Shown here: piece after piece, positions 47,750-57,677 of the stretch
Layout of the letters: each line of letters starts with the position of its first letter
Numbering within the stretch: position 1 is the first letter of the stretch
Source of the DNA: an uncultured Calditrichota bacterium
GTDB taxonomy: Bacteria > Calditrichota > Calditrichia > JAJRVZ01
Assembly: GCA_964489835.1 (NCBI GenBank)
Contig: CAZBBC010000008.1
Location: 10,992-74,991, forward strand
Length of the DNA stretch: 64,000 bases
Direction: 5' to 3'
Translations under genes and position numbers: made by a program
Notes under the pieces: generated by a model
Seen by the model: only the letters and a program-made list of their open reading frames with translations
What the model was told of the DNA's origin: nothing
Database searches by the model: none

Positions 47750-48565
47750 TTATATTTGCGAAAATGACGTCGGTTTTAAAATAATGTCTGTTATATTTGA
47801 TACGGTATCTTTGTATTGGGCATCGGCTTTGAGTTTTAGCCAGTCCGGGTCACTGCGGAAGATATCCCACTTCTTATTGCGACTTTCTATGTTTTCAAAA
47901 ACCAGCATATAGGAGAGATTAGGCATTTGATTTCCGATAATTGTTTCAGCAAAAAATACAGGCTTAAGTCCTGTCTTTCGAAATATGGCGATTTCTCCTC
48001 CCTGATTAAACATCTCAATCTTCTTTTTTCCGGCAATCTGACTATGACTTTCATATATTCGCAACTCATAGATCCGCGATTGATTGTTTAATAATGATGT
48101 GGGTATTTCTAACGTTGGCATATATTTGAAGGCCTTAAGTAACCTTTTTTCCATTCGCACATAGGCAGAATCTGATAAGGGGGCATTTAGAAAGGGCTCA
48201 CCGGAAACCAGATATTCCTTATCTTCGATAAGTCTTTCGGATACAGAAATTATTGACTGAAGAGATTTATGCGGAATGAGTACATATAGTGAAGGATCAT
48301 TCGGTCCGTATAGAACATTAAATACTCCGACCGTATTTATTCCCAATCGATTTAATGCAGGAATTGCCGAATCACGGTAAAAATCACTGACCATATTTTT
48401 TTTCTTGCCCACATGCAAATGAAATTTTATTAATTCAAAATATTCAACATCTTTTCCTGTTGACTTATCGTCCTGAGACTTACCCGCGAATGAGGTTATT
48501 GGTATAACCGCGGCGGTTCCTAACGATAATAAAAAATTTCTTCTTTTCATATTTATGCCCTTCAA
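47750..48565 (-). CDS. Tat-signal protein with tandem NIPSNAP-like domains.
   Basis: MKRRNFLLSLGTAAV twin-arginine motif. YFELIKFHL and IYELRIYES beta-strand starts are typical of NIPSNAP/dimeric alpha-beta-barrel domains. Confidence 0.55.
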   Translation of the reverse strand: MKGINMKRRNFLLSLGTAAVIPITSFAGKSQDDKSTGKDVEYFELIKFHLHVGKKKNMVSDFYRDSAIPALNRLGINTVGVFNVLYGPNDPSLYVLIPHKSLQSIISVSERLIEDKEYLVSGEPFLNAPLSDSAYVRMEKRLLKAFKYMPTLEIPTSLLNNQSRIYELRIYESHSQIAGKKKIEMFNQGGEIAIFRKTGLKPVFFAETIIGNQMPNLSYMLVFENIESRNKKWDIFRSDPDWLKLKADAQYKDTVSNITDIILKPTSFSQI

Positions 48566-48593
48566 AAATTTATGATAGTGTCAAACGTTTGTA

Positions 48594-49244
48594 TTATTTT
48601 AATAGTAGAGCCAGATTGACCACATCATCGGCCTGGGTGGGAAGTTGCGTTTGTTCACCTTCATCGGTTTCTAAATAGGTATTTAACTGATGGGTCCAGT
48701 TAACCAGGAGACCAAATTCAGGTAATCCGACAAAATCCAACTGCCTCTGGATGGAGACTTCTATACCATTGACAAAACCTGTGCCCAAATTTTGCATCTG
48801 TGTTACCTGATCCACCTTGAAACCATTAAATTCCCTGTCAGCTGGGGCAAAAGAAATTTCCTGTTGTACATTCGAAAGCGTCTTATTGAAATAGCCGACA
48901 GACATATGGGCGGCCAGACTGGGCGCATAATGTTCCAGGATGATGTCAAAATTTGTGGCTCGTGTTGGATCCAAATCAGAATTACCGGTCATAGTCAGTC
49001 AGATTATAAAATGAATAATAAGCCTTTAGGTTGAATTTGTAACCTAAAGATGGTTTGTATAAGATGGCGTATTGACGCCACCTTTAAATTCTTCGGTTTC
49101 AGTTGGTGCATCACGATAGTATCGACGACCTACATCGATCGGATTTCCATTGATATCGACATAGGACTCTTCTAGTTCATCATCTTCCCAATTCCAGTCA
49201 TTTCGCTTATCTCTTTCCGAGAATGACGATAACAACACCGTCAT
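48594..49244 (-). pseudogene. Fragments of a TonB-dependent-receptor-like beta-barrel (two short ORFs, probably a decayed gene).
   Basis: 48594..48992 translates to alternating beta-strand sequence (GFKVDQVTQMQNLGTGFVNGIEVSIQRQL...GLLVNWTH) without plug or N-terminus. 49044..49244 is a second short fragment. No signal peptide. Confidence 0.35.
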
Positions 49245-49411
49245 TGCGAATAACGAAAAATGAGTAGCCTGCTCGCCTACCCTGTAAAACGGGGTCTACG
49301 ACGCGGCGGGACGAAACAATCTCTTGTAGTTATTGGTGTTATGTCAATTTTTACGGATTAAATGTTAGGGGTACTCCAGTTAATATATTAAGTACCCATT
49401 TCAAACAAAAT

Positions 49412-50587
49412 TCAATTAAGTGTCACTAAATGCATTAAAGTGTAATCACCCCCACTGGTATCATCGCGGTATATTTCAACCTTTACTTCATCATCGCCGG
49501 TGATAATTCTCAAAAAAGTACTTCTGGCAAGATTGGCGTTAACCCGGAAGGTCTTTTGGTAACTCTCCCGTAAAGCCTCATTCTCAGTAAATTGTTTATA
49601 ATATATGGAAAGGATATCCAAGGCCGTTTTATCATCAATTTTTTTATAAGAAATTCCGTTGGTCAGATCGGTATAATAGAGGATCTTCTTGGCCTCATAG
49701 GCATTTTCTTCAAAGTAGGCGGCAATCGATTTTTCTTCCCCCAACCCTTTTATTCTTCCGTACTCAATTTTTTCCGATATTCCCTTGATAATTAGTGATG
49801 GAATGGTTGCCTCGAGCCCCCGGGCATGCCCGACATCTATCTGCCAGAGACCATTAATTTTTGCAACAGAGGCATTGTGTGTATGTCCGCAAAAATAGGC
49901 TTTCACCTTGAATTGACGAAGTAACTGGTGAAATCGAAAGCTACTTTTTGGATATTTATCCAGTGAATCCCCCTGGTGCCGGATGCGTCCATTATCGATA
50001 TCCGGTATAGCCACCAGCGGTTCATGACCAAAAATAAAGATATATTTCTTTTTGTTGATCGTTAAATCTTCCTTCAGCCATTTCATTAATTCGGGCACGA
50101 TCTCACCATCAGTTCCTTTATCCGACTGCCCATCATAATATTGATTAAGAACAATAAAGTGATTATCTCCCCAATCAAAAGAATAGGTTGTCTCCTCACA
50201 ACCGGGAGGACCTTTCCGCACGATATTTGGAAGAGATGTACCGCCTTCATTATAAGCACGCAGGTATTCTAGATCAGCGTCCGGTTCCAATTCATGATTT
50301 CCAACTACCGGATACCAGGGATATGTTTCACCTAAGACAAGTGAAATAACTTCCCGTATGGCGTACGGTGGATCAATATCTCCCGGGCTTACCATAAAGG
50401 CTCCTTTACCCGCTTTTTTTATCGCTTCACAGGCGCCAAGGAAATATTGTGATGTTCGATATTCCGGCATTGCTTTTTCGCGCATATCTGCGGCAACGAT
50501 AAAGGTAAACTCACCGTCATTCTTTTCGCAGCAGTGCGCAAAAAACACACATGATAGTAGTAGTAATAATAATACTCTTTTCTTCAT
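49412..50587 (-). CDS. Calcineurin-like metallophosphoesterase, lipoprotein. Start at MKKRVLLLL; the track ORF extends to 50659.
   Basis: Signal/lipobox LLLLSCVFFAHCC. GNHE and GHTHN metallophosphatase motifs. Confidence 0.75.
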   Translation of the reverse strand: MKKRVLLLLLLSCVFFAHCCEKNDGEFTFIVAADMREKAMPEYRTSQYFLGACEAIKKAGKGAFMVSPGDIDPPYAIREVISLVLGETYPWYPVVGNHELEPDADLEYLRAYNEGGTSLPNIVRKGPPGCEETTYSFDWGDNHFIVLNQYYDGQSDKGTDGEIVPELMKWLKEDLTINKKKYIFIFGHEPLVAIPDIDNGRIRHQGDSLDKYPKSSFRFHQLLRQFKVKAYFCGHTHNASVAKINGLWQIDVGHARGLEATIPSLIIKGISEKIEYGRIKGLGEEKSIAAYFEENAYEAKKILYYTDLTNGISYKKIDDKTALDILSIYYKQFTENEALRESYQKTFRVNANLARSTFLRIITGDDEVKVEIYRDDTSGGDYTLMHLVTLN

Positions 50588-50620
50588 CTCCCACCTAATA
50601 TTTAGTATTAACCCAGTGAA

Positions 50621-51010
50621 TTTATAAACCACAGAGGACACGAAGGAAGCAAATAACAATATTTAAACCATTCAATCATTTTAATAATCATTTTCTGATT
50701 ATGTCCTTAACTCCACAAAAATCCTATAGATTGCTTTCCGCCTCAGCGGATCAGCCGAGGCTGACGCTAACGTTCGCAATGACGATAATGAGTTGGTCAG
50801 TGCGAATCTCGAATAGTGAATATTTGGCCTGTCATCTGGGAAGGACCTTCTTATGTGATCGTATCATACCGACACTTTAAAAGATCCCTACGGGATGACA
50901 GGAATGCTTTCACATGTGGCGTTTCACGTCTGACGTTTGACGTCTCACTATAAATTTAATTATTCAATATTCTTTCTTTTCTTCGTGAACTTCGTGCACT
51001 TCGTGGTTGC
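50621..51010. repeat. About 390-bp composite MITE-like element with terminal inverted repeats.
   Basis: Left end tttataaaccacagaggacacgaaggaagc. Right end cttcgtgaacttcgtgcacttcgtggttgc (inverted). The interior carries family E modules (gtcatctgggaagg ... gggatgacaggaatg) and gtttcacgtctgacgtttgacgtctcac. Confidence 0.65.
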
Positions 51011-51895
51011 TTATCGCTTATAATTCTTTTTAATAAATGCTTCGACCTCCTCCATTTTCCTGAGAATGGGTCCTTCGGCCTCCATTTTCAGACTGGTGAC
51101 AGCAGCTGACCAGATAATCGCTTCTTCGGGTGGTGCCGTCAGACGTTTTGCCATATAGGAAGCGATACAGGTGTCACCTCTGCCGCTGCGGCCGACCATT
51201 TCTGCTGGTAAAAATGGCGCTTCAAAATATCGCCCCCCGGCAAAGACAAGAAGCCCATCACGGTGTGTGAGAACAATTTCCTTTGGACCCCACCCCTCTA
51301 AAATCTGTGCCGCTTTGCGAATATCTTTCTCCCCTGTCAGAAATGCTGCTTCCACCGCATCTGCTTTAAAAACATCAATTAATCCCAGCACCTGTTTCTT
51401 CTCAGGCCAGGGTGCATGAATCAGTCGATTGTCCCAATTAATGATTCTGACAAATCCCTGTGCATCGGCGACAAGATAACCGCTTTTAATACGCAGGAAT
51501 TCAACGACTTTTAAAGGGACTTCGTCACGGATCGAGGCATTGATCAGGAAAGCTTTTGCCTGAATTTTTTCAAACTGATCTACGGTATAGGAACCAGCAG
51601 TAACAGGGCATGTGAGAATACGCTCGTCCACATTTTCCGTAGGATATTCGAGTCGCATATGTGTCGAAGATGGTGTTACCACAGGATATACATCAACACC
51701 GATGGCTATAAGTTTATCTACCACATGTTTGTCGTCCTGTGCCAGCCGGGTGACGGCTGCCACTTTAAGACCTGATATGACCGCGGCATGGGCGCCATAA
51801 TTAAATCCGCCGCCATCGACATACCTTGTTCCTGCTGCCGATACGATTGTATCCTTCGTATAATTACCCAGTATTACTATATCGTACACACTCAT
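51011..51895 (-). CDS. PfkB-family carbohydrate kinase.
   Basis: Ribokinase-like fold: N-terminal IVILGNYTKDTIV and C-terminal ATP-site GRSGRGDTCIASYMA (the DTxGAGD-type motif). Confidence 0.8.
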   Translation of the reverse strand: MSVYDIVILGNYTKDTIVSAAGTRYVDGGGFNYGAHAAVISGLKVAAVTRLAQDDKHVVDKLIAIGVDVYPVVTPSSTHMRLEYPTENVDERILTCPVTAGSYTVDQFEKIQAKAFLINASIRDEVPLKVVEFLRIKSGYLVADAQGFVRIINWDNRLIHAPWPEKKQVLGLIDVFKADAVEAAFLTGEKDIRKAAQILEGWGPKEIVLTHRDGLLVFAGGRYFEAPFLPAEMVGRSGRGDTCIASYMAKRLTAPPEEAIIWSAAVTSLKMEAEGPILRKMEEVEAFIKKNYKR

Positions 51896-51913
51896 TTCAG
51901 TCTCCGTATATAA

Positions 51914-53251
51914 TTAGTCCATGATCTTGGCACGCCATAACGTACTGGCTAAAATTAATGATACTATCGAACCGCCAATCCAGAATAAAATGGCATTCGT
52001 AAAATCATAATGGCGTACACCATCGACCATTGTGGTCCCCTGTCCAATCAGGTAACCACTGATCTGATCCTGCACCCCGGCTGCAAGATAACTGAAAACC
52101 CCGATAAATCCCATGGCGGCACCGGCTGCATTTTTAGGCGAAATATCGATGGCGAACAACCCTCCCAAGGCCGCCAGCAAACCGCTGAGCATAAAACCAT
52201 ATAGAAAAAAGGCAGATGTTAGTAATACCGGTTGTCCCGGTGCCGCGAAAAAGATGACCAGAAGGGCGATGATCTCAAGAATTCCAAATATGAGTGTCAC
52301 CGGTGGGCGTTTGGCTTTAAATAGTTTATCGGAGATATATCCATAGGCGACACAACCGATCAGACCGGCAAATGTATTCAGCCCAAGAATACTACCAGCT
52401 TCAATTAAGGTATAACCCTTAGCCTCCTGGAGATAGAGAATGCCCCAGCTGTTTATGGCATACCGGGTGACGTATATCGTGGCACTTGATAATCCCAATA
52501 TCCAAATAGTTGGTCTTTTTAAAATTGACAGCTGTGCCTGCCAAGTTTTTTCTTCTTTTTTCTCTTCACCGTGGTCATTTTTCCAGTCTGCAATAGTCGG
52601 TAAACCCATGGTCCTTGGTCTGTCCTGTACCAGCAGATAAATAGCGAGAGCAACAAAAATGCATAGTACACCGGGGCCCCAGAAACCGGCCTGCCAGCCA
52701 AAGAAACTGACCAGGGCACCTGATCCAACAAATGTCAAACCTTCTCCAATAGCATGACCGGTACTCCAAAGACCATAAAACCTGCCCCGTTCTTTATTAC
52801 TAAACCACTGAGAAAGGGCTACCGCTCCTGTCGGTGCTCCATAACCCTGAAACCAACCATTAAAACACCAGAGAACCACCCATATCCAGAGCACATCCGT
52901 TCTTCCCATAAGCAGATTTACGAATGCCGAGAAAAGTACTCCAAATGCAAAAAATCTTTTTATATTGGCATGATCCGCTAAGAAACCGTTGGTTAATTTT
53001 CCGAAAGCATATCCATAGAATAAGGCAGATCCAATCAATCCAAGATCCTCTGCCGACATAATACCTCCATCGATCAAAGGTTTCTTGACAACAGAAAGAG
53101 CCAGACGACAGGTATAGGCAATACCATAGCCCACTGTTATCGCCATCATCACCCTGAATCGATGTTTTCTGTAAAGATGATCGACTTCTTTTTGATCCTC
53201 GATTACTGGTTTATCTTCCCCGGTGGTAAAAAAGTGCAAAATTCTGTTCAT
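51914..53251 (-). CDS. MFS transporter (organophosphate:Pi antiporter / sugar-acid type).
   Basis: 12 TM. MFS loop motifs GKLTNGFLADHANIKRF and GRFYGLWSTGHAIG. Confidence 0.75.
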   Translation of the reverse strand: MNRILHFFTTGEDKPVIEDQKEVDHLYRKHRFRVMMAITVGYGIAYTCRLALSVVKKPLIDGGIMSAEDLGLIGSALFYGYAFGKLTNGFLADHANIKRFFAFGVLFSAFVNLLMGRTDVLWIWVVLWCFNGWFQGYGAPTGAVALSQWFSNKERGRFYGLWSTGHAIGEGLTFVGSGALVSFFGWQAGFWGPGVLCIFVALAIYLLVQDRPRTMGLPTIADWKNDHGEEKKEEKTWQAQLSILKRPTIWILGLSSATIYVTRYAINSWGILYLQEAKGYTLIEAGSILGLNTFAGLIGCVAYGYISDKLFKAKRPPVTLIFGILEIIALLVIFFAAPGQPVLLTSAFFLYGFMLSGLLAALGGLFAIDISPKNAAGAAMGFIGVFSYLAAGVQDQISGYLIGQGTTMVDGVRHYDFTNAILFWIGGSIVSLILASTLWRAKIMD

Positions 53252-53294
53252 CAGCGTTCCTTCTAACGGGTGAGTTAGAATTTACAGAGATAAT

Positions 53295-53375
53295 AGATCC
53301 ACGGATTATCCGTCGCAGCCGGATCCCGTCATAGCCACGTCTGCGCCGCGCCTGCCGCGTCGTAGACCCTTTTTG
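53295..53375. repeat. Partial family A repeat plus GC-rich word.
   Basis: gatccacggattatccgtcgcagccggatcc, and cgtctgcgccgcgcctgccgcgtcgtagaccc (matches 22751 and inverted 49290-49315). Confidence 0.65.
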
Positions 53376-53408
53376 ACACTACCTCGGATTAAAATAACTT
53401 ACAAAGAC

Positions 53409-54452
53409 TTAGGGTTTCAATACTATTTTCATCGCCTTTTTTGGAATTGGTTTGAGCGTTTTCAGATCCAGGCCCAATTTCTCAAAAGCATTAACGCCTT
53501 CTTCAATACCAAGAGTCTCAGTAAAAAATGGACGAAGGTCTAATTTTCCGGCCCGAAATATTTTTATTGCCGGTAAACAGGTGTTCTGGCCAATATAAGT
53601 ACCCAAGATCTTAATCGCTTTTCGAGTAACCGTATTCGGAACCAGCGTTGCCTGGGCACTGGTGTCCATTCCAAAGGCCAGTATCTTGCCCCCCGGGGTA
53701 ACATAATTGATCGCATTCTCTAGCTGCGTACCGACCGCATCAATAACGATATCGGCTTTTTCACCTTTTGTAAATTCCAGAACAGATTCCTCTATATCAC
53801 ATTCATTGGGATTGAAGACAGGAAGACCCAACTGTTTTGCCACTTCAATTCGAAACGGATCAATTTCGGTTACCGCTGCCTGGGCAGCAACATGTTTTGC
53901 CAATGCAGAAAATAAATAGCCGATGGGCCCACAGCCTAAAATTAATACTGAATCCCAAGGCTGCATCTGTACCGTATTCATACCGTTTAACACGGTTCCC
54001 AAGGTCTCCACCTGAGTACCAACAATGTCATCAATTTCCTCAGGTAATTTATAACAGGCATTTTCAGGCACAACACAGTAATCCGCATAACCGCCATTTT
54101 GAAAAATACCTACGGATTTGTCTTTCAACCACACACACTGGCTGCTAAAACCCATACGACAGGCATCGCACAACCCACAACGAAGACTGTTATCTATAGC
54201 TACCCGATCTCCCACTTTGAGTGTGGTTACTCCTGTACCAACATCCTCCACGCTACCATTGAATTCATGGCCTAAAACCGTATTTTCTTTATAGGCATGT
54301 TTACCTTGTAATATTTTTACATCCGTACCACAAATTCCACAAGCGGCAACTTTTATCAATACTTCATTGGCTTGCGCAACTTCCGGAACAGGAATTTGCT
54401 CCATGCCAATTTTGCCAATATTCCTGAAAACCAGTGCTTTCATTGTACTCAT
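53409..54452 (-). CDS. Zinc-dependent alcohol/polyol dehydrogenase (MDR family).
   Basis: Catalytic Zn CGICGTD...GHEFNG, structural Zn CGLCDACRMGFSSQC, and Rossmann LILGCGPIG. Confidence 0.85.
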   Translation of the reverse strand: MSTMKALVFRNIGKIGMEQIPVPEVAQANEVLIKVAACGICGTDVKILQGKHAYKENTVLGHEFNGSVEDVGTGVTTLKVGDRVAIDNSLRCGLCDACRMGFSSQCVWLKDKSVGIFQNGGYADYCVVPENACYKLPEEIDDIVGTQVETLGTVLNGMNTVQMQPWDSVLILGCGPIGYLFSALAKHVAAQAAVTEIDPFRIEVAKQLGLPVFNPNECDIEESVLEFTKGEKADIVIDAVGTQLENAINYVTPGGKILAFGMDTSAQATLVPNTVTRKAIKILGTYIGQNTCLPAIKIFRAGKLDLRPFFTETLGIEEGVNAFEKLGLDLKTLKPIPKKAMKIVLKP

Positions 54453-54507
54453 TTATTCCTCCAGAATTAAACTTTTAAAATATCTATATGCATAATTAGC
54501 CTAACCT

Positions 54508-54700
54508 ATTCATACCGCAGCATATTGCTGCAATCAAAGAAAAAAATAGTCCACGGATTATCCGTCTACGCCGGATCAGGCGAAGACTGACACGAATTAG
54601 CACGGATTAAAACTAAAATAATATTAATTTTTATTTAAAATCTGTGTCAATCCGTGAAATCTGTGGATAAAAAACGCTGCGCCGCTTTGAGAGACGAATT
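54508..54700. repeat. Family A repeat element (inverted orientation) plus adjacent CGTG-dyad module.
   Basis: 54508-54615 is the reverse complement of 33131-33236 (cataccgcagcatattgctgcaatcaaag...gtccacggattatccgtctacgccggatcaggcgaagactgacacgaattagcacggattaaaac), followed by tctgtgtcaatccgtgaaatctgtggat. Confidence 0.85.
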
Positions 54701-54719
54701 GACCGAATTTGTAAATTAT

Positions 54720-57572
54720 TCACCTCTCCTGCTGATACGATTGATTCAATAGTACAATCGGATGGATGGTATCAATCCCGGTTCCCTTGGTGAGCTGTAT
54801 CTGACAGGTACCACACCCCGATACCAGCGTATCCGGTTTTACTTCATTAATTTGTGAAAATAAAGGTTGACCCATCTTCATGGAAATTTCATAGTTTTCT
54901 TTTTTCATGCCATAAGTTCCGGCAATACCACAACAGCTATCTTCTACATCGATAATATTCAGAGCAGGGATTAATTTTAGCAGATCAATGGGCCCATACT
55001 CATTTTGCTGGGATTTCAGGTGACACGGTTCATGGTAAACAATTCTTGAGTTCAGTGGAGCGAATTTTCCGGTAAATTCCCCCTGATGATAAGCTTTCAT
55101 CAAAAAATCATGGATATCAACCGATTCTGCGGCAATGGTCCGGAGATCTTTATCATTCGGAAAATAATTATCGTATTCTTTCATAAAGGCATAACCGCAG
55201 GAGGCGCTTGAAAAGATGACAGGTATCTTCTTTTTTGCTAATGGAAGCAGTATTCTGATATTGTAGTCAATATCAGATCGGGCTCCGCTGATATTTCCAT
55301 AAGAGATTTTAGCAATATTACAACAACGCCAGGAGGGAATAATTACCTTATAACCGAGTTTCTGCAATAGTTGGACAGTTTGCTGATGTTCTCCTTCCGG
55401 ATCACTATACTGGGCGGAACAGCCACTCCATAAGACAACATTCTTGCCATTCCCGGCTTGAAATTTCTCCATTCGTGTTGTCCCGACCGAAAATCTTGAA
55501 AAAAGTGGAAAATCCCGTCGTTTATCAATTCCGGCAATTTTTTCCATTAGGCATCGAATCAATCGAAAGCGTAACACACGGTTACTCAAAGGAGCGGTTA
55601 ATGCGGCAATCTTGCTGACAATTTTCCCATTCTGCAGTAATTTTTCGTTTATTTTAAAGGGTCGTTTTTGATGTAATTTCTCTTTTGCTGCTATCGCCAT
55701 TCCCGGTATATCAACGCTGGTCGGACAATCAGTCAGGCATTGTCCGCAATTCAAACAGTAATCCATAATTGTAAAGAAGTGATCGGTGTCGATAGCGTTT
55801 AGAGCGGTCTTTCCGGATATGATTCCACGTAAAATATTTGCTTTTGCCCGAGCCGTTGCTTCCTCCTCACCGGTTGCAACAAAAACCGGACAATATTCAC
55901 GGCAGGTCCCGCAACCATGACATTTTTCAATTTCTGAACGCCATTTATCCTCATCAAGACGGGAGTCGGTATCAATATATTCATCCGATGGCGAATAACG
56001 CCAATCGGCATTCCATTTTATTGGTTCCCTGGGTACAATAATATCCGGATTCATAATGCGCGAAGGATCAAAAATATCTTTAATTTCCCTAAATAGCGGC
56101 ATTAATTCCGGGAATCGTTTGGGAAGAAAGGGCGAGCGAAGCCGCCCGTCACCGTGCTCTCCGGTTAGGCTGCCGTTATATTGAATAACCAGATCGACAA
56201 ATTCATCCATAAATTTTTCGATCAGCACCATCGTTTTTTCGTCTTTTATATCAATCAAAGGGCGTAAATGAAGGTTTCCATCGCCGGCATGTCCATAGAT
56301 AACATACTTAAAGTCGAATTTTTTCAGCAAAGAACCGGCGTCACGTAAAAAATCAGGAAAAACATCCGGATGAATCGCGGTATCTTCTACAAATGGAATC
56401 GGTTTATTTTTTCCGTTAATTTTGTTCAGAATAATGGTGGCTGCTTTCCGCAGGGTGAAAATTTTTTCAATTTCAGATTCATTGGTCGAATAGGCACCTT
56501 TCTGTCCAAGTTCCCGTTGATTCACAATCTCGTTAATCGCCTTTTGAAAAGAGTCATGAATGGATTCAACCGTTGTCCCTTCAAATTCAACAAAAAGTAA
56601 ATAACGTACACCACTGGGTAAAAATTTACTGAGGTCGGGTTGATATTCGAGGGCAAGCACCATAAACGACTGGTCGACAAACTCTATGGCTGAGGCACCC
56701 AAACGTCGTAAAACCTGAACCGCCTTACCCATATCCTCAAGTTCAGAGAAATAAAGAGAAATGATACCTCTCTCCGGTTTCAGGGGAATGATATTCAATA
56801 GAGCTTCGGTAAAAACTCCCAAAGTACCCTCACTGCCAACAAACAGTGAGGCCATATTCAACCGTTCTGTTGTAAGAATATCCCATACCTGATACCCTGA
56901 GGCACTTTTTGTTACCCGGGGACGACTGTTTTTAATTCTATGGGCATAGTTTTTGAAAAGTTCATGAATTTTTTCATAATAGGGCCGGTGAAAGTCATCC
57001 AACCCGGCAATATCTGTGATCGCTATATTTTTAGCCCGAAACAATTTGCCATTGGCCAAAATAACCGACACCTCATCGACATGTTTGTACATACTACCAT
57101 GAAGAATCGTGTGCGGTCCGCCGCTGTTGTTACCTAACATTCCGCCAATCACACAGATATTGCCGCTACTGGGATCCGGGCCGAACTTACACCCTTTTTC
57201 CTTTATAGCTTTCTGTAACTGGTTTAATACAACCCCAACCCCCACCCTGGCCTGGCTGTCAGAGAGGATATCAATGCATTGAAAATGATGAGTTAAATCC
57301 AGAATTACTGCTCTTCCCACGGCATTACCGGCCAGACTGGATCCGGCACCTCTGGGCAAAACGGGAATATTATAAGTCTGGCAGATATTGACCGCCTGAA
57401 CAATATCATCCACTGTTTCCGGTATCATCACCGCCAATGGTGTGATATCATAGATGCAGGCCGCCGTACTATACAGTTGTAAGGTGACCGGATCCCAGCG
57501 AACTTTAGCGTTCAGATTTTCCCTAAAAGCTCTCTGCCAATCTTCCAGAGGATCTTGTATTTGAATCAACAT
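54720..57572 (-). CDS. Large FAD-binding oxidoreductase fused to a 4Fe-4S ferredoxin and tandem CCG (cysteine-rich) domains (YdiJ / GlcD-GlcF-fusion type).
   Basis: FAD PCMH domain (PRGAGSSLAGNAVG). Fe-S motifs CHGCGTCREYCP and CLNCGQCLTDCP. C-terminal CCG-type cysteine clusters (WSGCSAQY..., HEPCHLK...DSCCGIAGTYG). 950 aa. Confidence 0.8.
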   Translation of the reverse strand: MLIQIQDPLEDWQRAFRENLNAKVRWDPVTLQLYSTAACIYDITPLAVMIPETVDDIVQAVNICQTYNIPVLPRGAGSSLAGNAVGRAVILDLTHHFQCIDILSDSQARVGVGVVLNQLQKAIKEKGCKFGPDPSSGNICVIGGMLGNNSGGPHTILHGSMYKHVDEVSVILANGKLFRAKNIAITDIAGLDDFHRPYYEKIHELFKNYAHRIKNSRPRVTKSASGYQVWDILTTERLNMASLFVGSEGTLGVFTEALLNIIPLKPERGIISLYFSELEDMGKAVQVLRRLGASAIEFVDQSFMVLALEYQPDLSKFLPSGVRYLLFVEFEGTTVESIHDSFQKAINEIVNQRELGQKGAYSTNESEIEKIFTLRKAATIILNKINGKNKPIPFVEDTAIHPDVFPDFLRDAGSLLKKFDFKYVIYGHAGDGNLHLRPLIDIKDEKTMVLIEKFMDEFVDLVIQYNGSLTGEHGDGRLRSPFLPKRFPELMPLFREIKDIFDPSRIMNPDIIVPREPIKWNADWRYSPSDEYIDTDSRLDEDKWRSEIEKCHGCGTCREYCPVFVATGEEEATARAKANILRGIISGKTALNAIDTDHFFTIMDYCLNCGQCLTDCPTSVDIPGMAIAAKEKLHQKRPFKINEKLLQNGKIVSKIAALTAPLSNRVLRFRLIRCLMEKIAGIDKRRDFPLFSRFSVGTTRMEKFQAGNGKNVVLWSGCSAQYSDPEGEHQQTVQLLQKLGYKVIIPSWRCCNIAKISYGNISGARSDIDYNIRILLPLAKKKIPVIFSSASCGYAFMKEYDNYFPNDKDLRTIAAESVDIHDFLMKAYHQGEFTGKFAPLNSRIVYHEPCHLKSQQNEYGPIDLLKLIPALNIIDVEDSCCGIAGTYGMKKENYEISMKMGQPLFSQINEVKPDTLVSGCGTCQIQLTKGTGIDTIHPIVLLNQSYQQER

Positions 57573-57677
57573 ATCGTTTTTATTTCTTCCAGAGTGGATT
57601 TGAACCCGACTTCTATTTTCAATGGATATTTATTATACTTCTCTTTGCCTTTATCTGTTCTAAAAATCATCCGGGTG

